A stretch of 64,000 nt of DNA from Octopus sinensis (Eukaryota): the NCBI RefSeq assembly GCF_006345805.1, contig NC_043003.1, positions 5,456,001 to 5,520,000 on the forward strand, in the 5' to 3' direction. Made by a program: the position numbers and the translations under genes. Under the pieces are notes generated by a model. That model saw only the letters and a list, made by a program, of their open reading frames with translations. It had not been told where the DNA came from and did not search any database. Below are positions 1-13,544 of the stretch, piece by piece (the stretch's first letter is position 1; the number at the start of each line of letters is the position of its first letter).

Positions 1-31
1 TACACATGAAATACACGGCTGCACATTGTTT

Positions 32-330
32 CTAATGAGAGCGGGCGTGGCTGATGAGACCGATACGTGATAGGCAGATCTTGCGGCACTGAAGGTTCTG
101 CAGCATTTGAGGGACACCAAGCAACAGCCTCTTCTCTACTGTGTTCGGTTTCAAAGTTCTCTATTCCAGCATTACACACGGACGTCTAGCAATATCTGGA
201 GGCGGAGAGCGGTGAATATCTTGGATCAACGCTATCATCACCTTTGATGAGCCATCAGAAGAGCTACGTGTAACTTCAAATCCTGAACTAGTTCACTTGC
301 TTCCAATATGATTTCGTTTAAGAGTAAGTC
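32..330 (-). mobile_element. RTE-clade LINE, degenerate 3' end
   Basis: Minus strand reads ...QCRKICLSRIGLISHARSH* (stop at 32-34), the C-terminal zinc-finger-like motif typical of RTE ORFs; upstream CNAGIENFETEH in another frame. Confidence 0.5.
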
Positions 331-483
331 TACCGGACAGCCCACGCAGTAGTAAATTGTGCAAAACCAGAAGCTGTCACTATGGCGTGAATTTGTACAG
401 TTTCTGTCGACTGGAATTTCGTTCACGAAGTTCACTGGAGACTGCAGTAGAAATTGTGAAGCAAACATTTTTTAACTGCGCCG

Positions 484-550
<67 letters not shown>

Positions 551-553
<3 letters not shown>

Positions 554-828
554 TGAAGGGATACCAGAAAAATTTAGACAACTTTCCAGGTGAACCATGT
601 CTCAAGGAAATCCAAATGATTGTGCCGAGAAGTAGAACCCACATCCTTAGAAAAAACACTCAATTTAAATGTTTGTGTTGTATTATGTGGAGGTATTTCT
701 CTACTGTTCTCGCCACTTCCCCTCCCCAAGCTTTCAGTTATATTTCAACACCTCTTTACCAACACTTGCCCTGGGTTCTTGGGTGTAACCCGGCAGGTGA
801 TTGCATCAAACATGCAGGTTAAAAGTAA

Positions 829-830
<2 letters not shown>
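551..830 (+). mobile_element. R4/Dong-type (RLE) LINE, 5'-truncated 3' end inside an (AAT)n tract
   Basis: LDNFPGEPCLKEIQMIVPRSRTHILRK resembles the ...IQK.VL.GTAHILRK.L C-terminus of R4/Dong ORFs; (AAT)n on both sides (485-550, 831-884). Confidence 0.55.
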
Positions 831-886
<56 letters not shown>

Positions 887-893
887 TGATGAT

Positions 894-1092
894 GATTTCA
901 AATTTTGGCACAAGGGCCAGCAATTGGGGACATAGGTTAGTCGATTATATTGTTCCCAATATTCAACAGGTATTTATTTTATCAATCCCGAAAGTCGACC
1001 TCGACGGAATCTGAACTTAGAACGTGAAGACGGACGAAATACTGCTAAGTATTTTGCCCAGCGTGCTAACGATTCTGGCAGCTCGTTGTCTT
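894..1092 (-). mobile_element. tRNA-derived SINE (Meta-like central domain), degraded
   Basis: Matches the SINE at 56552-56788 in reverse; internal deletion; A/B-box head at 1020-1092. Confidence 0.75.
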
Positions 1093-1112
1093 AATAATAA
1101 TAATAACAGTAC

Positions 1113-1181
<69 letters not shown>

Positions 1182-1289
1182 TAAAAATAATAATAATAAT
1201 AATAATAATAATCAACTGGCCTTTGAAGCCTGAGCTGCGATGTCATTTAGAGTACGAACTTCACAATGGTGGAATGTAGCTATGATCGT

Positions 1290-1620
1290 TGCCAATGACA
1301 CTGAACATTTTCATAGCGCAACTGTCAGAGGCAAACAGTTTGTATCATGTGATCATGGCTGACATTTTGAAGAATGTCTTTATTGGCCCGTTTGTCTATT
1401 CACTGCACGTTTTGCCGCGGCTTTCTACATCTTCAGCTGGTAATGAAGATGTCAATATTCTCCTCTATTATCTAATTTATTGCACAATTTCAGTTCCATA
1501 CAGCAGTAGCAATCACAGAAACGGTACAGCAAATAGTTGCAACTTGAGGTCAAAAGTTTCCTCTTTTCATATTCACAGTTGTTATTGCTATTGTAGTTAA
1601 AATCTGAAGCAGCTTTGGTC
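1290..1620 (-). mobile_element. RTE LINE relic (post-RT region)
   Basis: Frameshifted pieces LLLYGTE, VQ*IDKRANKDILQNV and QLRY match RTE motifs LLYG.E.W, W.DK..N..VL and QLR(W/F). Confidence 0.45.
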
Positions 1621-1953
1621 AATCATACCTATAATATAAAGTATTCTGGCCATGACCGTCCCTACGAATTTAGTTATTTTATATCCCCGTCTGCGTTATC
1701 CTATGTGCTCTTATATATTTCTATTTTGTGACAGCAGGGTGTAATTTATAAATTTAGCGACAGTTTCTAGTAGGTCTAGTGACCCCATAAATGTCCCTTC
1801 TCTGGGTCAGAGCTTTCTTTCTAGATTCCCCATATTATAAAAGCTGCTCCGTCGATGGGAAAATCAGCTCCAAATGTTACTTTCCTAATCTTATATTTTG
1901 GAAATTCCGTGAATACTTGCAGTTATTATAAGTTACAGTTAGCAGCAGCAGTC

Positions 1954-2306
1954 GAGGCGCAATGGCCCAATGTTTAGGGCAGCGGACTTGCGGTTGTAGG
2001 ATCGCGGTTTCGATTCCCAGACCGGGTGTTTATTGAGCGAAAACACCTAAAGCTCCACGAGGCTCTGGCAGGGGGTGTGACCCCTGTTGTACTCTTTCGC
2101 TCCAACTTTCTCTCACTCTTTCTTCCTGTTTCTTGACCCCGACTTCCTACGCAACTGCTGAGCCTGGATGCGCATTCATCCATCCGCAGATGCTCTCGCT
2201 GTCGGGGGGTTGACCTGTTTTCTCTTCTGCGGGTCTTACGAATAGCAAAGGACCACGTTTCGGACTTCTCCCATCTTGCGAGCTCTGGGACGAAGACCGT
2301 TCGCTC
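1954..2306 (+). mobile_element. tRNA-derived SINE (head family 2, tail a)
   Basis: tRNA-like head GGCGCAATGGCCCAATGTTTAGGGCAGCGG...GGTTTCGATTCCC; body shared with 12093 and 33111; distinct tail ending in a CAG/TAG microsatellite. Confidence 0.8.
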
Positions 2307-2994
2307 AACAGCAACAGCAGCAGCAGCAGCATCAGTAGTAGTAGTGGTAGTAGTAGTACTAGTAGTAGTAGTAGTAGTAGTAGTTGTTGTTGTTGTTGTT
2401 GATGTCTAATCCAATGCTAGCTCTGTTCGCACACTATAGGCTTTCCACCCATGAACGTCACGTCTGTTTGCATAAGTATGACTACTATATCAAATGTCTG
2501 CTTTTCGTTTTTAAGACTTGGAAATTATCTCAGTGCGAGGTAGCTATTTTTTCTAGCAGAACGTGCGACCACATAGCGACCACTTTGGTATATGGATACA
2601 ATAATCGGTTTCGACTTGGTTGTTCCACATAAAAAAATAATAGCAGCTAAATCTCTTCCAAACCTCATTCTGCAGTCTTTGGCAAGAGAAAGACAAGTCT
2701 ACTCAGTCGCGCCGATTCAATCATTAATCAGACCATCAGCTAATAGTAGCAGCCAAATATCCCTCAACTATTTATACAAGCGTCTTAAAAGAACACACGA
2801 GAGACACACACGTATATATATGTAATAAGGTAGTTCTGGCTACATTGTTTGGAAAAAGAACAGAACCAGCAGGAGGCGTCTTTGATGTTGCATTTTCTTG
2901 ATTAAGGGCTGACCTGCAGATAAACAACAACAACAACAACAAAGGCAATAGTAGTAGCAGTAGTAGCTGCAGAGGCAGCGGCAGCAACATGTGA

Positions 2995-3270
2995 TGTGGT
3001 AAATATTATCACACTGGAGTCAAAGTTGAAATGAAATACATGTAGAACATATCGAAATATTAACGACAAAGATTGTGTGGATGTCGAAGTGACAAACCTA
3101 GATATATGATATCACGATGCTGGATATTGTATTCAATAGACCTGGATATCACATGGAGAAGAAAACATTAGTAAATACGTGTACAAGGAAGATGGATATA
3201 GCTTCAAGGAAAGAGGATGTTACACGGAAAGACATACATATATCATGAAGAACAGAAGGGTATTGACGGG
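2995..3270 (+). mobile_element. Ancient RTE LINE 3' end
   Basis: Broken frames SKLK(W)KY, INDK, ITWRR and GKTYIS.RTEGY* parallel the RTE terminus KLKW.WAGH...RW.DD...GEAYIQQW. Confidence 0.35.
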
Positions 3271-3319
3271 GTAGACGGGGCTACATTTAAATGCATTTAT
3301 TATAGGAGGCATACTGCTT

Positions 3320-3345
3320 TTATATATATATATATATATATATAG

Positions 3346-3379
<34 letters not shown>

Positions 3380-3822
3380 TATATATACATGTGTGCTTGT
3401 GTGTGTGTGAGCGTATGTGTGTATGTTTGTGTGTGTGTGGGTGCGTGTGTTTTGTGTGTGTGTGTGTGCGTGTTTATATGTAAGTTTCTTTACGTATATC
3501 GAGGGAGAAAGAAAACGGGTAAAAGGCAATGTGGGCAGCAGAGCGATGAATTAGTTGGTGGAAAAGAGGGGAAGACATCAGAAAAGGGATAACAACTGTA
3601 TCCATGAATACACACACATATGCACACACACTAATATCCATCCATCCATTCATCTAAACAGATGTACATGCATAAAATAGAGATGCAAGCATATATATAT
3701 ATATATACACGGAGAGAAAGAGTGTATATACATATATATATAATCATGCGTGTGTGTGTATATACATACATGATATGTACTTTTATGCACATATATATAT
3801 ACATGGTGTATATACTTATGTT

Positions 3823-3857
<35 letters not shown>

Positions 3858-4005
3858 GACTGTATGCCCGTACATAAAAGAGAATAAAAAACTTGCAAGG
3901 CTCTCATACATTTATCATCACTAATAATGTATGTATGTATGTATATATACATACATGCATGCATATATATGTATGTATGCATATATATATATACATACAT
4001 ACATA

Positions 4006-4037
<32 letters not shown>

Positions 4038-4093
4038 CATACATACATACATATATATGTATGTATGCATATATATATATATATACATACATA

Positions 4094-4141
<48 letters not shown>

Positions 4142-4151
4142 CATACTATAT

Positions 4152-4183
<32 letters not shown>

Positions 4184-4205
4184 CATACATATATATATAT
4201 ATTAT

Positions 4206-4243
<38 letters not shown>

Positions 4244-4343
4244 GATACATATATATATATATAAAGCCTTATACAGTTTGCGTTACTACTCTATCTCCTT
4301 GAGATTTTATAACTAGCTATTTTACTTATATATATATATATTA

Positions 4344-4391
<48 letters not shown>

Positions 4392-4433
4392 TATATATAT
4401 ATACATATATACATATATATATATACATAGATA

Positions 4434-4469
<36 letters not shown>

Positions 4470-5110
4470 CATATATATACATACATATATACATATACAT
4501 ACATATATACATATACATACATATATACATATATATACATACATATATATATACATACATACATGCATATATATATACATACATGCATACATATATATAC
4601 ATATATATACATACATACATATATATATACATATATATACATACATATATATATACATATATATACATACATATATATATACATATATATACATACATAT
4701 ATATATACATATATATACATACATAAATATATACATATATATACATACATACATATATATACATATATATATACCTACATCCATATATATATATATACAT
4801 ATATATACATACATCCATATATATATATATACATACATATATATATATATGTGTATATATACATACATATACATATATATGCATATATACATACATATAC
4901 ATATATATATATTACATACATATATATATATATGTGTATATATACATACATATACATATATATGCATATATACATACATATACATATATATATATATTAT
5001 ATATATATATATAATATATATATATATATATTATATATATATATACATTCATACATGCTTACATACATTCATATATATCTACATGAAAATATATGTGTGT
5101 GTGTATCTCT
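3320..5110. repeat. Compound (TA)n/(TACA)n/(TG)n microsatellite field
   Basis: Directly visible; source of the Y/I/M-rich pseudo-ORFs. Confidence 0.95.
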
Positions 5111-5449
5111 GTATGCATGTGTGGACGGATACGAAGAATGAATTAGAGGGAAGGGAACAGAAGAGGGAGAGAAAGAAAGAAAAGAAGAAAGATGGGAAGG
5201 AAAGAAAGAAAGGAAGATTGTATGTTGTTAAAAGAAGAGAAGGAATCGAAAAGAAGAAAGAAATAAAGAAAAATCTTAGAAGAAGTTGGAGATGAAGAAT
5301 GGAAGGATGAAAGGAATGAAGGAAATTTTGTAGGAAAGAAATAACGCCTAGAATATAGGGAATGGCTGGCTTTCTTTCACTCTCTCTCTTTGATACACAC
5401 ACTCACACACACATGCAAATATACAAACACATTTTGTGTGGCACACACA

Positions 5450-5485
<36 letters not shown>

Positions 5486-5619
5486 TACACAAATGTATGC
5501 ACATACAAACACAGACTCGCGCAGCACACACAAACGCGCATATATTCCGCAGTGCTGAGCTGCATCTGTTGCCGGTGACGCTGGAGGTGGTGGTGGTTGG
5601 AGTTGCTGCTAACTTGATG

Positions 5620-5833
5620 ATGAAGATGATGATGATGATGATGTTGATGATGATGATGATGATGATGATGAGGAGGAGGAGGAGGAGGAGGGTAAACACG
5701 ATGATGATGATGCAGTGGAAGAGGATGAGAAATCTGATGGTGTCGCTGGTGTTGGCGGTGTATTATAGTCACCGATATAATGGCGGTGGTGGTGGTGGTA
5801 GTGCTGGTGGTGGTGGCAAGGTTGACGTTCAGC

Positions 5834-5891
<58 letters not shown>

Positions 5892-6460
5892 TGGTGATGA
5901 TGATGATGATGATGATAATAATAGTAATAATAATAATAATAATAATGATAATAATGATGATGGTGATGATGATGATGATGATGATGTTTATGATGATGAT
6001 GATGATAATAATAATAATAATGGTGATTTCCACGTTTGGCACAAGTCCAGCAATTTCAGCGAAGGAAGTAAGTTGATTACATCGACCCATGTACACAACT
6101 GGTACTCATTTTATCAACCCCCACCACCACCTCCACCACCACTTATGATAATCATATAGCTATGACGATGAGGAGGAACGAGTGAACAACACTGTTGTGT
6201 TTGTTGTTGTTGTTATTGGTGGTGGTGGTGGTGGCGGTGCTGTTCCTACTTTGTGGTTACTATCAATGTTGACGTTGCTATTGTCATCATCAACAACAGC
6301 AACAGCACAAACAATACCACAAACGAGTTCAGCACCGCCACCCCCACCACCACCACCACCACTAACGCCACTACTACCGCCACTACCACCATCCACTGCC
6401 ATAACAACACCATAACAACAACCACCACCACCACCACCACCCTTATCAACAGTACTTAGG
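5620..6460. repeat. Compound trinucleotide field (GAT/GAG/AAT/GGT/CAC) with a SINE remnant at about 6026-6120
   Basis: Directly visible homopolymeric-codon runs; TTTGGCACAAG...GATTACATCGACCC...ACTGGTACTCATTTTATC is SINE core. Confidence 0.9.
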
Positions 6461-6579
6461 CGCTCCACCCCGGCTTACACCATTAACACCCTGTCACTTT
6501 CACAACCCATCATCAACAACATATATATGTCTATGTGTTTGAATCTCTGCATATATATATATACATACATATATACATA

Positions 6580-6720
6580 TATATATACATATACATACAT
6601 ATATACATACATATATACATATACATACATATATACATACATATATACATATACATACATATATACATACATATATACATATACATACATATATACATAC
6701 ATATATACATATACATACAT
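6580..6720. repeat. 30-bp higher-order TA/TACA repeat
   Basis: Unit ATATACATACATATATACATATACATACAT; sequence at 6601-6660 and 6661-6720 is identical. Confidence 0.85.
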
Positions 6721-6906
6721 ATATATATATATATATATAATATATATATATATATATACATACATATATACATACATACATATATATATATCGTGTGTGT
6801 ATATATGTAAATGCACAAGAAATACTTACACATATATGTATGTACGTGTGTAGGCGTTACTATGCATACAATAGTTGTATGTGACTGGCTAGTGTATGTA
6901 TGGAGG

Positions 6907-6940
<34 letters not shown>

Positions 6941-7007
6941 AATATATATGTTTATCTATGTCCGCATATGTGTAGTATTATCTAGGCGTGTATGTGCCTG
7001 AGTATGT

Positions 7008-7041
<34 letters not shown>

Positions 7042-7340
7042 CAACGTGTATATACGCGTGTGCATGAGTGAACCTAGATGTGCTTATGTGTGTGTGTATG
7101 TATGGGTAGATAAATCATTAGGAATAAACGCCAGCAATTGGAATAAAGATTGCTACCAGAAAGGATGTAAACTTTATATCCATAAGAAATATCGTCAGAA
7201 GAATTAAGTATTCTCTTAGAGTTTGTCAAAGAACAGGAAGGGGCTGTAGTTTATAGATTTAGTTCTCCGTCTTCAGTTGATTCTTCAAAAAACACCTATC
7301 TATCTATCCAACGATCTCTGTCTCTCTCTCTCTGTCTCAC

Positions 7341-7409
<69 letters not shown>

Positions 7410-9884
7410 CACCTTTCTTTCTATCTATCTATCTATCTAGCAATCTATCTACCCTTCCTTCTATCTATATATATATACATACCTACCTTTCTTTCTATCT
7501 ATCTATTTATCTATCTCTACATTCACCTAACTATCTAGCTATCTATCCGCCAAATTCATTCTAGCCAGTCACACACCTTTTATCTACCTACCTACCTACC
7601 TACCTACCTACCTACTCATCTACATTGCTACCTATCCCGCTCTCTCCTATCACTCTCTCTCTCTCTCTCTCACTCTCTATGAATCTATCCATCTATCTAT
7701 TTTTCTACCTACCTATTTATTAATCTACCTTTCCTTCTTCTCTCTTCTCCCTATCTACCTATAATTTAGGCGCACACACATACGCGTGCACACAGACAAA
7801 CATACACACACACGCACGAACGCGGACATAAGTGTATCTCCCACACAACACACGTTTATTTTTTACTGCATATCTATCTTTCTACATTTATCCATCAATT
7901 CAACCTATTTGCCTCTACATCTGCCTCTATTCCACCTACTTCCGTATTTATATCTCTATGTATGTATGTATCTATCTATCTGCCTATCTGCGTGTCTGTC
8001 TGTTAGTCTCTTTATATATACATTTACTGCGTTCAGCCGGAAACCACTTCATTCTCTGAAATTACAATCTACCTGCACTTTAATGAGACTGGCAGATAGC
8101 AAATACCTTGCAACAGGATCAAAAGAAATGATGAACGGTGCTCAACTACAATACAAAATTAAAAATTCCGAGCAACGAGGAAGGATGAAGTGACGGGGGC
8201 GAAGGAGTGAGGCTATAAAAAATGGCGGAACAGAAAAACACTGTAGAATAATAGAACTCATTTTGTTTTGCTTTGATCTTTATGGATCAAGAATTGGTAA
8301 TTCAAGGAAATTATCTTAGTTTCTGTCATTGCTGACATTGCTCATGTTATTGCTAGTGTTGTTGTCGTTGTTGCTTTTTATTTTTATTATTATTATTATT
8401 GTTATCATTATCATTATTATTATTATCATTATTATTATTACTCCCGTTGTTGTTTATGATGTTATTATTGCTGCTGTTGATGTTGTTGTTCTTGCTGTTG
8501 TTTTTAATTTCGTTGATCTCTAAATATTTTGTTTGATTTTATTGTAAAATGTTTTGCAGCAAAAGGATTTTAAATTTGGTTCAGAATGATGTCTATTTGA
8601 TCTCGAAACATTTAACTGATTGTTTTTGGCTGTTTTTCTCTTATTTATTCATTTATATCTATATATATTATTATTTATTTAGTTGTATATCTAGTTGTCT
8701 ATTTATATTTCCTTATATATCTGTTCTGTTTCTTTATTTGTTTTGTAATAAATTCTAACCGAAACAATGTATTTAATATTCACTGAGAGCGCAACGACGA
8801 TAAATCACAAGTTTGTGACGTCAGTGAGGCTGTGTACGTTTCTAGTAAACGGATAACCAATCAAAACAATTCATTAAATAAACCGACCACTGTAATGAAT
8901 TGGGTGGTGTGGGGGAGTCATAGAATAGAATGTAGGGTCCTGTTAGAGTTGCTTTTAACAGAGTATTAATCAATAGCCTGACCTCAACTCACTCCTCTTA
9001 CCTTTAGAAGAACGTAGATTTTAAATGTCCACTAAGAAGCCTGCGGGCAGCAAATGTCCACAACGTAGTCTCTCGACATGCAAAAACAGCAGTCAGATTT
9101 CTTGAAGAAACATCTTTCTATTCTAAGAGTTTACTTACCAAAGTCCATTTTGCCCCATGTTCTCTTGCACCAGCGACCTAATTCTGTCGTAAATTATGCA
9201 CTTTAAGAATTTTAAATATATCTACCCGTTCTAGTTCACTATATAAACTGCCATGTTGATTTATAGCATTATGTGTCACCGGTGCCTCGTAGAATACAAA
9301 ATGAATGTTATATTAATTCTGTGCGACAAGATTCACAGGGAATAGTCATGGCAGGCCAGTGGCCACAGGGTGAAGGAGAAAGAGGTGAATAAATAATAAA
9401 AGAATGCATTCATTGATATATTTCCATATGGCTATTGAAGTAGAGGCTGGCCAAATGCTAGCTTTGTTCAATAATGACCGATCTGGAATTAAACAGCGAC
9501 AACATTTATTTCATAAGGTTTTGCTGTTTTCGAAACTGTGGTTGTTGTTGTGTTTGTTTTTGTCCTTTTTTATTGACTGCATTGTCATTCCTGATTGATT
9601 CCACTCAAGTTAAAACCGTTCCTACCATAAAATTCCCATCGTTCTTGCAGAAATTTTTATATCTAAAAATATATTATGCGTTTTTCCGTCCTCAATACGG
9701 TAATGTGTAATTACAAAAAGAGTAAGCTGCTGTTTCTAGTACGCACTCTTGCCACACATAGCTGTATCGTAGTTGACGCTTGTGTCATTGTGGTTTTGTT
9801 TTAGCCCCGGGTCATTTCTGATCCATAATGATTTTTATCAAATACCTTCCAACCATGCCCATCCTTTCTTCTATTAAATCTTTA

Positions 9885-10288
9885 AATCTTTTCTACTCTA
9901 GGCACGAGGACCGAAATTTTAGGGGAGGAGAGCCAGTCGATTAGATGGACACCAGTACGAAACTGGTACTTAATTTACCGACCCCGAAAGGATGAAAGGC
10001 AAAGTCGACCTCGGTGGAATTTGAGCTCAGAACGTAAAGACAAACGAAGTACCTATTTCTTTACTACCCACAAGGGGCTAAACACAGAGTGGACAAACAA
10101 GGACAGACAAACGGATTAAGTCGATTACATCGACCCCAGTGCGTAACTGGTACTTAATTTATCGACCCCGAAAGGATGAAAGGCAAAGTCGACCTTGGCG
10201 GAATTTGAGCTCAGAACACAAAGACAGACGAAATACCGCTAAGCATTTCGCCCGGCGTGCTAACGATTCTGCCAGCTCGCTCGCTTTT
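9885..10288 (-). mobile_element. SINE heterodimer (one head, tail-A unit then tail-B unit)
   Basis: Junction at about 10053; flanked by TTCTAT(T/C)AAATCT at 9869-9881 and 10291-10303. Confidence 0.85.
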
Positions 10289-10827
10289 CCTTCTATCAAA
10301 TCTACGCCAACGTTATTAAGTGTCACCCTTTCATTAAGCTCCCTGAATGTTACCCTAACGACGATAAGTACTCCATCCCTGCTTTATAAATGTAATTAAA
10401 AGTCTAGTCAAATGCATGAATATAAAGTTATTAGATTATCGGTGGCCCGAGGTTTCTTGAATAGGGCCGCATCCCATTATATTGATGTAGTCACAAGAAA
10501 GTGACTTTAAAAAGAGTTTTGTGTAATGGAAAGTTTCTTACGCTCACCCAGCTACTAACAGTGTAAGGAAAAAAAATCTAATTTAACTGAATCTGCCATT
10601 CAATCTAAATGTCTACAAACTAGAAACTTCCTGAATCTAATTACATAACATTTCCGAAATATCAATAACTACCATCGACAATTTTAATGCTCATAACGGT
10701 TAGGTTAGCTGTTCATACCTAATTAATATTGCTTCCAACAGTATACATTATAAAAAAAAAAACACTCACGCTTAGATTACATTCCATGTCGTAGTTTGAA
10801 AGTGTCAAAATTTCACCAGGTAAAATA

Positions 10828-11613
10828 TGTATTTCTCTAATGCCCACAAGGGGCTAAACACAGAGGGGGAAAACAAGGATACACAAACGGATTAAGTCGA
10901 TTATATCGACCCCAGTGCGAAAGTGTTACTTTATTTATCGACCCTGAAAGGATGAAAGGCAAAGTCGACCTCGGCGGAATTTGAACTCAGAAGGTAGCGG
11001 CAGATGAAATACCTATTTCTTTACTACCCACGAGGGGCTAAACATAGAGGGGACAAACAAGGACAGACAAAGGGATTAAGTCGATTACATTGATCCCAGT
11101 GCGAAACTGTTAGTTTATTTATCGACACCGAAAGGATGAAAGGCAAAGTCGATCTCGGTGGAATTTGAACTCAGAACTTAGCGGCAGATGAAATACCTAT
11201 TTCTTTACTACCCACAAGGGGCTAAACATAGAGGGGACAAACAAGGACAGATATAGGTATTAAGTCGATAACATCGACCCCAGTGCGTAACTGGTACTTA
11301 ATTTATCGACCCCGAAAGGATGAAAGGCAAAGTCGATCTCGGTGGAATTTGAACTCAGAACGTAACGGCAGACGAAATACCTATTTCTTTAATACCCACA
11401 AGGGGTTAAACACAGGGAGGACAAACACGGACAGACAAACGGATTAAGTCGATTATATCGACCCCAGTGCATAACTGGTACTTATTTAATCGACCCCAAA
11501 AGGATGAAAGGTAAAGTCGACCTCGGCGGAATTTGAACTCAGACCGTAACGGCAGACGAAATACCGTTAAGCATTTCGCCCGGCGTGCTAACGTTTCTGC
11601 TAGCTCGCCACCT
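10828..11613 (-). mobile_element. SINE tetramer (one head plus four 184-bp units)
   Basis: GAAATACC ends at 11013, 11197, 11381 and 11565; 17-bp direct repeat TTTCACCAGGTAAAATA at 10811-10827 and 11614-11630. Confidence 0.92.
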
Positions 11614-12092
11614 TTTCACCAGGTAAAATAGTGAAGAGATCTTCTCTATAAATAGCTGTACTATTGTACCACGTGATCTTATATGGGACTTGTAGTCAAA
11701 GATTTCGAGGGAAGGGTCACAGGCTTATATCAGCTGGGGTGACACCAAAAAGAAACTTCACCTGCTGGGACCAAATAAACGATTTCCCCAACATTATATT
11801 TTAGGTACCCCCTTGCACACCTAACGCTTTTCATAGCGAACTCTACCAATATATTAGGAATTGCATACACTGCAAGAGCCTACACATAATCCTTCAGCAA
11901 GAAACATGATCTATCGTATTGAAGCAAATAGATGTATGCTCTGGTAATTAGCATCAAATCTTTTGCTACGAATAATTAATTTATGTAGGGTTATGCAAAT
12001 TGTTTCCACCTGAATTGCAGGTAAACAGCACTTGGTTACTTAGAGTTAAATTATTTCCCATTCATCTGACCTCAAGTGCAGTTTGGCAATGT

Positions 12093-12389
12093 GGAGGCAC
12101 ATGGCCTAGTGTTTAGAGCAGCGGACTCGCGGTCGAGAGATCGCGGGTTCGAATCTCAGACCGGGCGATGTGTGTGTTTATGAGCGAAACACCTAAGCTC
12201 CATGCGGCTCCGGCAGAAGGTAATGGCGAACTTCTGCTGACTCTTTCGCCGCAACTTTCTCTCACTCTCTCCTCCTGCATCTTGCAGCTCACCTGCGATA
12301 GACCGGCGTCCCGTCCAGGTGGGGAACCTATACGCCAAGGAAACCGGTAAACCGGCCCTTATGAGCCAGGCATGGCTTGAGAAGGAACA
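12093..12389 (+). mobile_element. tRNA-derived SINE (head family 2, tail b, V-SINE-like)
   Basis: tRNA-like head; tail CCTGCGATAGACCGGCGTCCCGTCCAGG resembles the V-domain motif. Confidence 0.8.
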
Positions 12390-12761
12390 GTTTGGCAATA
12401 CAAAGTGTAATTCCAAAAACACCAAGTCCTCTCATGACCAACAATATCCTGAATCTGCAGGTAATTTTCTTCCATTTTTTCTCATCAGTAAACTAGCATC
12501 GTTCGACTGCTCACTTCGCCACGTGGAAATAAATATGTTATACATTCCTTCATTACCTGATGTCGCTAAGTTATCATTACCCCACAACACACACACATAC
12601 ACAAAGACTCACACACACACACACACATACATACACAACAGCACACACACATACACACATATTTATATATATATATATATACATATATATATGTACATTT
12701 GTGTATGTGCGTGCACGTGTGTATATGTGTGCCAGTGAATGAACATTCTTGTGAGAGAGAA

Positions 12762-12793
<32 letters not shown>

Positions 12794-13147
12794 CGAGAAC
12801 ATGAGAGATAAAGAGTGAGAGAAAGACAAACATCACCGTTAGAAACGCGAATGCACATACGCTTACCTACACACACACACACACACACACACACGCGCCC
12901 TTCAATTCATTTCATATCGGTAATGCTGCACCGAATGTGATACAAAAATGTTTTCTCAATGACTTGAAATTTTCTTCTATTTAGAGAAAGACAGTTACAT
13001 TATTTGTATAACATTTAACCAAAAAATTTCTGAGGAGAAAATGGAAAATAGAAACAGTTCGGTAGGCCTCGGACAGTCCATTCTTGGTGTGGACATGCCT
13101 AACATTTTGTATGTATTTAGGTAGGATCTCTTTTGTAGTAAACATAC

Positions 13148-13242
13148 AAGCCAAGTTTCCAGTTGACAGATACATTTCTAGATCGCCATACAATCATTCT
13201 TGTAGATCCTGAAATATTCACGGCTTCAACCCATCCTATGAA
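13148..13242 (-). CDS. Candidate internal exon of an extracellular MAM-like (alternatively FN3-like) domain: FIGWVEAVNISGSTRMIVWRSRNVSVNWKLG
   Basis: Strong acceptor ttttttgttttttcaaacag; donor CTT|gtatgt; 95 nt, phase 0 to 2; W-x8-W spacing and N-glycosylation sequons NIS and NVS. It could instead run to the stop at 13117. Confidence 0.55.
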
Positions 13243-13544
13243 CTGTTTGAAAAAACAAAAAAGGTTTTCACTTTTGTTTTGGTTTTTTTTTGTTTTCGTG
13301 AATTCGATGTCAAAGTGATCCGCTGCACACATGCTTTTGTTTCTTTTATTTCAAGTGGTGAATTCAGCCAAGCTTTCGCTTAACTCCTTTTGCTGCGGCT
13401 GGAATTTCACACTAGATCATGAGTTAATCAGGCGGTTTAGATATAAATTTATGCGAATGTATGTATTTGTGTGTGTGCGTATATGTGCATGTTTACATCT
13501 GTGTGTGCGTATGTGTGTGGCTGTCTGTGTGTGTGCGTGTGTGT

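Noticed and set aside
1954-2030. tRNA-like sequences (also at 12093, 27695, 32119, 33111)
   Set aside because: SINE heads continuing into SINE bodies; no intact cloverleaf or terminator.
3320-7000. Long ORFs such as 5362-6159 (265 aa), 5377-6096 and the many Y/I/M/C/V-rich ORFs across the window
   Set aside because: Read-through of di- and trinucleotide microsatellites; no splice or domain support.
8026-8193. Plus-strand open frame after cgttcag (RKPLHSLK...) and a 39-nt minus-strand exon-like piece
   Set aside because: Weak donor or no recognisable homology; expected by chance.
9139-9320. Minus-strand gtaagt donor at about 9138 and the INITFILYSTR segment as the next MAM exon
   Set aside because: Poor acceptors, a stop soon after, and no F..FE or DIA.DD motif.
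10139-10399. Recurrent ORF MRNWYLIYRPRKDERQSRP... (also at 30387 and 56445)
   Set aside because: Antisense translation of the SINE core, not a gene family.
10828-11613. Regular 184-bp array as CRISPR or satellite
   Set aside because: Units are SINE bodies with no unique spacers.
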